From Eledone cirrhosa (taxonomy: Eukaryota): a stretch of DNA of 64,000 nucleotides. The DNA is taken from assembly GCA_964016885.1 (NCBI GenBank), contig OZ024744.1, forward strand, positions 125,922,001 through 125,986,000, written 5' to 3'. A program made the translations under genes and the position numbers. Shown here piece after piece: positions 11,001-20,812 of the stretch (its first letter is position 1; each line of letters opens with the position of its first letter). The notes below the pieces were generated by a model. That model had not been told where the DNA came from. It ran no database searches and worked only from the letters and a program-made list of their open reading frames with translations.

Positions 11001-13591
11001 TTACTATGATTGTTGCAAAACAGAAACTTAAAGGGATTGACAGAATTTGCGATTCCGGAGAGGGGGCGATCCGTCTGCTTGATTCCGATAACGAACGAGA
11101 CATTCGTATCCGAAAGAACGTTTGTCTGGAAACTGGTGAGTCAGTGAGTCGAAAAAAAAATATCTCGGTGGTAGTAGCAAATATTCGAACGAGACATTCG
11201 TATGCGAAAGAACGTTTGTCGGTGGTAGTAGCAAATATTCGAACGAGACATTCGTATGCGAAAGAACGTTTGTCTGGAAGTGGCGATCCATGCCCGGTGG
11301 ATAGTTGGTTCCGGGTTTTACTATGATTGTTGCAAAACAGAAACTTAAAGGGATTGACAGAATTTGCGATTACGGAGAGGGGGCGATCCGTCTGCTTGAT
11401 TCCGATAACGAACGAGACATTCGTATCCGAAAGAACGTTTGTCTGGAAACTGGTGAGTCGAAAAAAAAATATCTCGGTGGTAGTAGCAAATATTCGTATG
11501 CGAAAGAAAAGATCTCGGTGGTAGTAGCAAATATTCGAACGAGACATTCGTAGGCGAAAGAAAAATATCTCGGTGGTAGTAGCAAATATTCGAACGAGAC
11601 ATTCGTATGCGAAAGAACGTTTGTCGGTGGTAGTAGCAAATATTCGAACGAGACATTCGTATGCGAAAGAACGTTTGTCGGTGGTAGTAGCAAATATTCG
11701 AACGAGACATTCGTATGCGAAAGAACGTTTGTCTGGAAGTGGCGATCCATGCCCGGTGGATAGTTGGTTCCGGGTTTTACTATGATTGTTGCAAAACAGA
11801 AACTTAAAGGGATTGACAGAATTTGCGATTACGGAGAGGGGGCGATCCGTCTGCTTGATTCCGATAACGAACGAGACATTCGTATCCGAAAGAACGTTTG
11901 TCTGGAAACTGGTGAGTCAGTGAGTCGAAAAAAAAATATCTCGGTGGTAGTAGCAAATATTCGAACGAGACATTCGTATGCGAAAGAACGTTTGTCGGTG
12001 GTAGTAGCAAATATTCGAACGAGACATTCGTATGCGAAAGAACGTTTGTCTGGAAGTGGCGATCCATGCCCGGTGGATAGTTGGTTCCGGGTTTTACTAT
12101 GATTGTTGCAAAACAGAAACTTAAAGGGATTGACAGAATTTGCGATTACGGAGAGGGGGCGATCCGTCTGCTTGATTCCGATAACGAACGAGACATTCGT
12201 ATCCGAAAGAACGTTTGTCTGGAAACTGGTGAGTCAGTGAGTCGAAAAAAAAATATCTCGGTGGTAGTAGCAAATATTCGAACGAGACATTCGTATGCGA
12301 AAGAACGTTTGTCGGTGGTAGTAGCAAATATTCGAACGAGACATTCGTATGCGAAAGAACGTTTGTCTGGAAGTGGCGATCCATGCCCGGTGGATAGTTG
12401 GTTCCGGGTTTTACTATGATTGTTGCAAAACAGAAACTTAAAGGGATTGACAGAATTTGCGATTCCAGAGAGGGGGCGATCCGTCTGCTTGATTCCGATA
12501 ACGAACGAGACATTCGTATCCGAAAGAACGTTTGTCTGGAAACTGGTGAGTCGAAAAAAAAATATCTCGGTGGTAGTAGCAAATATTCGTATGCGAAAGA
12601 AAAGATCTCGGTGGTAGTAGCAAATATTCGAACGAGACATTCGTAGGCGAAAGAAAAATATCTCGGTGGTAGTAGCAAATATTCGAACGAGACATTCGTA
12701 TGCGAAAGAACGTTTGTCGGTGGTAGTAGCAAATATTCGAACGAGACATTCGTATGCGAAAGAACGTTTGTCGGTGGTAGTAGCAAATATTCGAACGAGA
12801 CATTCGTATGCGAAAGAACGTTTGTCTGGAAGTGGCGATCCATGCCCGGTGGATAGTTGGTTCCGGGTTTTACTATGATTGTTGCAAAACAGAAACTTAA
12901 AGGGATTGACAGAATTTGCGATTCCGGAGAGAGGGCGATCCGTCTGCTTGATTCCGATAACGAACGAGACATTCGTATCCGAAAGAACGTTTGTCTGGAA
13001 ACTGGTGAGTCAGTGAGTCGAAAAAAAAATATCTCGGTGGTAGTAGCAAATATTCGAACGAGACATTCGTATGCGAAAGAACGTTTGTCGGTGGTAGTAG
13101 CAAATATTCGAACGAGACATTCGTATGCGAAAGAACGTTTGTCTGGAAGTGGCGATCCATGCTCGGTGGATAGTTGGTTCCGGGTTTTACTATGATTGTT
13201 GCAAAACAGAAACTTAAAGGGATTGACAGAATTTGCGATTCCGGAGAGGGGGCGATCCGTCTGCTTGATTCCGATAACGAACGAGACATTCGTATCCGAA
13301 AGAACGTTTGTCTGGAAACTGGTGAGTCAGTGAGTCGAAAAAAAAATATCTCGGTGGTAGTAGCAAATATTCGTATGCGAAAGAAAAGATCTCGGTGGTA
13401 GTAGCAAATATTCGAACGAGACATTCGTATGCGAAAGAAAAATATCTCGGTGGTAGTAGCAAATATTCGAACGAGACATTCGTATTCGAAAGAACGTTTG
13501 TCTGGAAGTTGCGATCCATGCCCGGTGGATAGTTGGTTCCGGGCTTTACTATGATTGTTGCAAAACAGAAACTTAAAGGAATTGACAGAAT
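8044..13591 (+). repeat. rDNA-derived satellite: ~317-319-bp unit (variants 359, 372 and 459 bp), ~16 units, with an internal 54-bp subrepeat; mosaic of 18S and 28S motifs
   Basis: Unit marker TTGGTTCCGGG at 8390, 8708, 9025, 9343, 9662, 10034, 10352, 10670, 10988, 11305, 11764, 12081, 12398, 12857, 13174 and 13533; contains 18S motifs GATTCCGGAGAGGG, TTCCGATAACGAACGAGAC and GAAACTTAAAGG(G/A)ATTGAC, and 28S motif ATCT(C)GGTGGTAGTAGCAAATATTC. Confidence 0.92.
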
Positions 13592-13619
13592 TTTCGAATC
13601 GACATCAACTCGGCTACGG

Positions 13620-13965
13620 CTATCCCGTCGAGTACGAGAGTATCGCGGGATCAGAGCAACGGTTTGCTAGGCTGCCTCTGAGCGATAACGGCTGAACGCC
13701 TCCTCTAAGCCGGAACCCTAGCCGGACCCGAGTTGTTTTTCGACAAGCGTCTCGACCTTCTTAAGGCCCATGCCTTAGTTTGGCGATTGCCGTCCGTTCG
13801 CCGACGGCGGCAGCGTCAGCGGAAATGCCATTCTGTGACGACTACGACGATTCGTCGTCGTCGTCGTCCATTCGATTTCCTGAAAGAGATAGAGACTAAA
13901 GTGATCAAATTGTTCGGAGTTACGTGCTTAGTAGAGCAGCTACCACACTGCAATCTATTGAGAGT
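13620..13965 (+). pseudogene. 28S rRNA 3'-terminal fragment, divergent
   Basis: AGTACGAGAG (sarcin-ricin loop core, 13631), CTGAACGCCTC(CTC)TAAG(C)C(G)GAA(C)CC (13692), and TAG(T)AGAGCAGCT..CTGC(A)ATCTATTGA (13929-13961) in canonical order. Confidence 0.85.
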
Positions 13966-14591
13966 TTTCTGACGAACGATACAATCCGCCCACGTGGCGC
14001 CAGAAAGGGAGAAGAAAAGAAAAGTTAGACGCCGCCGATCGATCGGTTCGTTGTTTTACGTGTACACAGCTTGTGTGTGTGTCTGTATGTGATACAAGCC
14101 GCCTATCCGTCTTCCAAGTAAGTTTTGTGTGTAGACTGCGGAAAGAAATCCAATCCGCCGTCTAGGCGGTTCTGCCGCCGACCCATACTTTTGCGAGTCG
14201 CTCCCGGGAAAGACAGGCGGCAAGACGGCGTGTATACACGACGCCTTCCGTCTTCCGCCTCGAACCCGGCAAACGTTCCTTTATTCGTCCACGCCTTCCC
14301 GCTTCGATCGCGAGAAAGTAATCAATCTGTTTTGTGTGTGTGTCTGTGTGTGATACAAATTTGTTTTCTTAATTTGATAACCATGAATTGTTTCAACACC
14401 GGCCCTTTTAAGGGCCACTTATATTTTCAATAATCAGTTTAAATGGGTTGCACCGTAGCCACTTGGTAATACACTGCAAATCTCCCGTCAATCTATGAAG
14501 GTTTTGTAGTAGATTAGATCAAAACACAATCAGCAAGACAGTAATGGAATGAATAATATAAACATTTGTTTATAATTAAAGCCTTAAGATG

Positions 14592-14645
14592 TCCCTCCCT
14601 CCCTCACTTCCTTCCTTCCTTCCTTCCTTCCTTCCTTCCTTCCTT
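14592..14645. repeat. (CCCT)/(CCTT)n microsatellite
   Basis: Directly visible. Confidence 0.95.
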
Positions 14646-14714
14646 ACGATATACACTTTAATAACATTGAAACTTATTTAATAAGTTTAAATTTTAAACA
14701 CTTTTTATTCAGAC

Positions 14715-14840
14715 GTACCGCGATAAGTAACTAGATATGTTCTAACGAATAATCCGCGATGTGGCGAGGATTACCGCGATAGGAAATTAGATACGTTCCA
14801 AAGAAATATCCGCGAAAAGTGAACCGCGATATAGCGGGTT
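14715..14840. mobile_element. Possible pogo/Tigger-like MITE end
   Basis: Five (A/T)CCGCGA subterminal-type motifs ending in GTGAACCGCGATATAGCGGG; the family call is from memory. Confidence 0.45.
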
Positions 14841-14846
14841 CACCAG

Positions 14847-14906
14847 CCAGTGTATTACTGGTACTTTATTTTATCGACCCCCATAAGGATGAAAGGCAAA
14901 GTTAAC
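14847..14906 (-). mobile_element. SINE fragment (inverted)
   Basis: Reverse complement GTTAACTTTGCCTTTCATCCTTATGGGGGTCGATAAAATAAAGTACCAGT matches 62306-62354. Confidence 0.85.
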
Positions 14907-15008
14907 TGTGCAATAACAAAGGGAGATAACCTCGTCTTTTTTTTTTTACGGAGTTATTTCCCTTTAAATTTTATCTATTACTTATGATGATACAATTTAA
15001 TCAGTTCT

Positions 15009-15132
15009 TAGCTGTCGAGACACTGCATCCTTTAAAACCTCCATGGAACAAGCTACCTGCAACAGTTGTTAGCTGTCGAGACACTGCATCTTTTAAAACC
15101 TCCATGGAACAAACTACCTGCATCAGTTGTTA
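15009..15132 (+). mobile_element. Tandemly duplicated 62-bp CR1/L2-like LINE ORF2 C-terminal fragment
   Basis: Translates WNKLPATVVSCRDTASFKTS (WNxLP..VV...FK motif); two copies 62 bp apart. Confidence 0.65.
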
Positions 15133-15134
15133 GG

Positions 15135-15191
15135 GTCTGAGTTCAAATCACGCCGAGGAGGTTAACTTTGCCTTTCATCCTTACGGGGTCG
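15135..15191 (+). mobile_element. SINE 5' fragment truncated at CGGGGTCG
   Basis: GTCTGAGTTCAAATCACGCCGAGG..GTTAACTTTGCCTTTCATCCTTACGGGGTCG, near-identical to 62283-62337. Confidence 0.85.
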
Positions 15192-15401
15192 GTCGGAAAA
15201 CGAACCATTCCCGGTTCGCTTTCGAAGCGGGTTTCCGAAAACAGCGCTTCTCTCGACCGGGCCCGTCGTCCGCTCGGCGGTGGTTTTCATCGTCCCAGGC
15301 ACGGCTAACAGGCGGAGACGGGACAAACGCGCGTGTTCCTTTTTTTATCAGCCGCAGCGCCGTTCGTATATATGCTTAGGTTGTTTTTTTTTTAAATATC
15401 C

Positions 15402-15632
15402 TAAGTTAAGTTGGGGCTAAGTTAAGTTGGGGCTAAGTTAAGTTGAGGTTAAGTTGAGTTGGGGTTAAGTTAAGTGGGGGTTAAGTTAAGCTGGGGTTAA
15501 GTTAAGTTGAGGTTAAGTTAAGTTGGGGTTAAGTCAAGTTGGGGTTAAGTTAAGTTGGGGTTAAGTTAGGTTGGGGTTAAGTTAGGTTGGGGTTAAGTTA
15601 AGTTGGGGTTAAGTTAGGTTGCGGTTAAGTTA
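15402..15632 (+). repeat. Telomere-like 16-bp tandem repeat (TTAAGTTAAGTTGGGG)n, ~14 copies
   Basis: Directly visible; G-rich on the + strand; variants TTAGG, TTGAGG and GGGGCT. Confidence 0.92.
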
Positions 15633-18600
15633 CATTCGCCGCCGGACTTCAGCTTCCTCATTTAGCATGGGCAGTTTTTCTTGAAAATCACACCACACAC
15701 AGCGATCGTGGGCCGGCCGGATGTTGACGGATCGATGTGTAATTAGAAGTACATGTGCAGACACTCATTGGCTGTGCGTGGTATGCATTTCAGCAAGATA
15801 TCTCCGTAACATCAAGAGTTATGGCTGTGGAGGCACACCTAGTCAAACGTAAACAAGGTCTGGAGCGTTTACGCTTCGCGATTTTGTTTACGTTTGACTA
15901 GGTGTGCCTCCACAGCCACAACTCTTGATGTTACGGAGATATCTTGCTGAAATGCATACCGCGCACAGCCAATGAGTGTCCGCACATGTACTTCTAATTA
16001 CACATCGATCCGTCAACATCCGGCCGGCCCACGATCGACGCACAGGGCCGGATGGCCCGTTTTCAGTGAATTTTCACCGGAATCGATCTGTAATTACTGG
16101 TACATGTGCGGAGACACATTTGCTGTGTGTGGTGTGATTTTCAAGAAAAACTGCCCATGCTAAATGAGGAAGCTGAAGTCCGCCGGCGAATGGTGTGCTT
16201 CGAAGAAAACTAATTCGAAAATGACCGTTTGCAGGCGGAGTAACCTTTTCGATCGTGGGCCAGCCGCCCGTGGTGGGATCCATCTGTAATTACTGGTACA
16301 TGTGCGGACATACATTTGCTGTGTGTGGTGTGATTTTCAAGAAGAACTGCCCATGCTAAATGAGGAAGCTGAAGTCCGCCGGCGAATGGTGTGCTTCGAA
16401 GAAAACTAATTCGAAAATGACCGTTTGCAGGCGGGGTAACCTTTTCGATCGTGGGCCAGCCGCCCGTGGTGGGATCCATCTGTAATTACTGGTACATGTG
16501 CGGACACACATTTGCTGTGTGTGGTGTGATTTTCGAGAAAGACTGCCCATGCTAAATGAGGAAGCTGAAGTCCGCCGGCGAATGGTGTGCTTCGAAGAAA
16601 ACTAATTCGAAAATGACTATTTGCCGGCGGAATCACCTTTTCGGTCCTGGTCCGGCCGGATCTTGCCGGATCGATCGGAAATTTGTGGACCATGTTCGGA
16701 AGGCCATTGTGCATGTGTGGTGAAAAAAATTTGTGTCGAAATCTTCTCGGAAAATAACGGATCGCCGGCGGAGATTGCCATTTCGATCGTGGGCCGGCCG
16801 GATCTTGTCGGATCGATTCGGACATATGTGCATCGTGTTCGCAAGGCCCTTGTCTATGTGTGGTGTGATTTTCATAAAGAAATTCCGAAAAACCCAGTTT
16901 TAAATCTGATTTCGCCAAAGAATTTTGGCTATCAGATCGGGTTGAAAGGTATGGTTTCAGGTCGATCTGAAAGTCTAAAATGGAATTCACTCGGTTAGCT
17001 AACTATTGATATATCGGAGATATCTTTCTGAAAATCACACCACACACTCCCAATGAGTGTCTGCACATGTACCAGTAATTACAGATGGATCCCACCACGG
17101 GCGGCCGGCCCACGATCGAAAAGGTTACTCCGAAGCACACCATTCGCCGGCGGAATTCATTTAGCATGGGCAGTTTTTCTCGAAAATCACACCACACACA
17201 GCCAATGAGTGTCCGCACATGTACCAGTAATTACAGATCGATTCCGGTGAAAATTCACTGAAAACGGGCCATTCTGCCCTGTGCGTCGATCGTGGGCCGG
17301 CCGGATGTTGACGGATCGATGTGTAATTAGAAGTACATGTGCGGACACTCATTGGCTGTGCGTGGTATGCATTTCAGCAAGATATCTCCGTAACATCAAG
17401 AGTTATGGCTGTGGAGGCACACCTAGTCAAACGTAAACAAGCTCTGGAGCGTATACGCTTCGCGATTTTGTTTACGTTTGACTAGGTGTGCCTCCACAGC
17501 CACAACTCTTGATGTTACGGAGATATCTTGCTGAAATGCATACCACGCACAGCCAATGAGTGTCCGCACATGTACTTCTAATTACACATCGATCCGTCAA
17601 CATCCGGCCGGCCCACGATCGACGCACAGGGCCGGATGGCCCGTTTTCAGTGAATTTTCACCGGAATCGATCTGTAATTACTGGTACATGTGCGGACACA
17701 CATTTGCTGTGTGTGGTGTGATTTTCACGAAAAACTGCCCATGCTAAATGAGGAAGCTGAAGTCCGCCGGCGAATGGTGTGCTTCGAAGAAAACTAATTC
17801 GAAAATGACCGTTTGCAGGCGGAGTAACCTTTTCGATCGTGGGCCAGCCGCCCGTGGTGGGATACATCTGTAATTACTGGTACATGTGCGGACACACATT
17901 TGCTGTGTGTGGTGTGATTTTCGAGAAAGACTGCCCATGCTAAATGAGGAAGCTGAAGTCCGCCGGCGAATGGTGTGCTTCGAAGAAAACTAATTCGAAA
18001 ATGACTATTTGCCGGCGGAATCACCTTTTCGGTCCTGGTCCGGCCGGATCTTGCCGGATCGATCGGAAATTTGTGGACCATGTTCGGAAGGCCATTGTGC
18101 ATGTGTGGTGAAAAAAATTTGTGTCGAAATCTTCTCGGAAAATAACGGATCGCCGGCGGAGATTGCCATTTCGATCGTGGGCCGGCCGGATCTTGTCGGA
18201 TCGATTCGGACATATGTGCATCGTGTTCGCAAGGCCCTTGTCTATGTGTGGTGTGATTTTCATAAAGAAATTCCGAAAAACCCAGTTTTAAATCTGATTT
18301 CGCCAAAGAATTTTGGCTATCAGATCGGGTTGAAAGGTATGGTTTCAGGTCGATCTGAAAGTCTAAAATGGAATTCACTCGGTTAGCTAACTTTTGATAT
18401 ATCGGAGATATCTTTCTGAAAATCACACCACACACTCCCAATGAGTGTCTGCACATGTACCAGTAATTACAGATGGATCCCACCACGGGCGGCCGGCCCA
18501 CGATCGAAAAGGTTACTCCGAAGCACACCATTCGCCGGCGGAATTCATTTAGCATGGGCAGTTTTTCTCGAAAATCACACCACACACAGCCAATGAGTGT

Positions 18601-20182
18601 CCGCACATGTACCAGTAATTACAGATGGATCCCACCACGGGCGGCTGGCCCACGATCGAAAAGGTTACTCCGCCTGCAAACGGTCATTTTCGAATTCGTT
18701 TTCTTCGAAGCACACGATTCGCCGGCGGACTTCAGCTGCCTCATTTAGCATGGGCAGTTTTTCTCGAAAATCACACCACACACAGCAAATGTGTGTCCGC
18801 ACATGTACCAGTAATTACAGATCGATTCCGGTGAAAATTCACTGAAAACGGGCCATTCGGCCCTGTGCGTCGATCGTGGGCCGGCCGGATGTTGACGGAT
18901 CGATGTGTAATTAGAAGTACATGTGCGGACACTCATTGGCTGTGCGTGGTATGCATTTCAGCAAGATATCTCCGTAACATCAAGAGTTATGGCTGTGGAG
19001 GCACACCTAGTCAAACGTAAACAAGCTCTGGAGCGTATACGCTTCGCGATTTTGTTTACGTTTGACTAGGTGTGCCTCCACAGCCACAACTCTTGATGTT
19101 ACGGAGATATCTTGCTGAAATGCATACCACGCACAGCCAATGAGTGTCCGCACATGTACTTCTAATTACACATCGATCCGTCAACATCCGGCCGGCCCAC
19201 GATCGACGCACAGGGCCGGATGGCCCGTTTGCAGTGAATTTTCACCGGAATCGATCTGTAATTACTGGTACATGTGCGGACACACATTTGCTGTGTGTGG
19301 TGTGATTTTCGAGAAAGACTGCCCATGCTAAATGAGGAAGCTGAAGTCCGCCGGCGAATGGTGTGCTTCGAAGAAAACTAATTCGAAAATGACTATTTGC
19401 CGGCGGAATCACCTTTTCGGTCCTGGTCCGGCCGGATCTTGCCGGATCGATCGGAAATTTGTGGACCATGTTCGGAAGGCCATTGTGCATGTGTGGTGAA
19501 AAAAATTTGTGTCGAAATCTTCTCGGAAAATAACGGATCGCCGGCGGAGATTGCCATTTCGATCGTGGGCCGGCCGGATCTTGTCGGATCGATTCGGACA
19601 TATGTGCATCGTGTTCGCAAGGCCCTTGTCTATGTCTGGTGTGATTTTCATAAAGAAATTCCGAAAAACCCAGTTTTAAATCTGATTTCGCCAAAGAATT
19701 TTGGCTATCAGATCGGGTTGAAAGGTATGGTTTCAGGTCGATCTGAAAGTCTAAAATGGAATTCACTCGGTTAGCTAACTATTGATATATCGGAGATATC
19801 TTTCTGAAAATCACACCACACACTCCCAATGAGTGTCTGCACATGTACCAGTAATTACAGATGGATCCCACCACGGGCGGCCGGCCCACGATCGAAAAGG
19901 TTACTCCGAAGCACACCATTCGCCGGCGGAATTCATTTAGCATGGGCAGTTTTTCTCGAAAATGACACCACACACAGCCAATGAGTGTCCGCACATGTAC
20001 CAGTAATTACAGATGGATCCCACCACGGGCGGCTGGCCCACGATCGAAAAGGTTACTCCGCCTGCAAACGGTCATTTTCGAATTCGTTTTCTTCGAAGCA
20101 CACGATTCGCCGGCGGACTTCAGCTGCCTCATTTAGCATGGGCAGTTTTTCTCGAAAATCACACCACACACAGCCAATGAGT

Positions 20183-20257
20183 TTAAAATACTCACCGTTT
20201 GATTTGGAAAAACTTAAAATGCTCACATATATATGTGTATGTATTTATCTATGCATG

Positions 20258-20303
<46 letters not shown>

Positions 20304-20779
20304 TATGTATTTATCTATCTATTTATCTATATGCATGGATATATATATATATATATATATTTATCTATGTATTTATCTATATGCATGGATATATATATAT
20401 ATATATATGTATTTATCTATGCATGTATGAATATATAAAATATATATATATATATATGTGTGTATGTATTTATCTATGCATGTATGAATATATAAAATAT
20501 ATATATATATATATATGTATGTATTTATCTATGCATGTATATATATATAAAATATATACATAAATATATATATATATGTATTTATCTATGCATGTGTGCA
20601 TACATATATATATATATATGTATTTATCTATACATGTATGTATATATATATATATACATATATAAGTATTTATCTATACATGTATGTATATATATATATA
20701 CATATATATGTATTTATCTATACATGTATGTATATATATATATATATATATGTATATAAGTATTTATCTATACATGTAT

Positions 20780-20812
<33 letters not shown>

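Noticed and set aside
8150-13500. CRISPR-like array (GGTGGTAGTAGCAAATATTCGAACGAGAC repeats)
   Set aside because: Intervening sequences are themselves repeated rather than unique spacers, the repeat is a 28S/18S motif, there are no cas genes, and the context is eukaryotic.
8024-13519. Long ORFs (up to 683 aa) across the 318-bp satellite
   Set aside because: They are translations of rRNA-derived tandem repeats; frames shift with poly-A length and no protein domain is recognisable.
7851-13965. Functional 18S/28S rRNA genes
   Set aside because: Only ~185 nt of 18S and ~350 nt of 28S are collinear; no 5.8S/ITS is recognisable and the interior is scrambled and amplified.
17444-17463. Phage N15-type protelomerase (telRL) site at the palindrome axis
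   Set aside because: The resemblance is limited to a short GCGTATA/TATACGC word in a different arrangement, and no protelomerase gene is present; kept only as a structural analogy.
20183-20186. TTAA at the cassette start as a piggyBac target-site duplication
   Set aside because: No TTAA or TIR at the other cassette end; that junction is explained by AGA microhomology.
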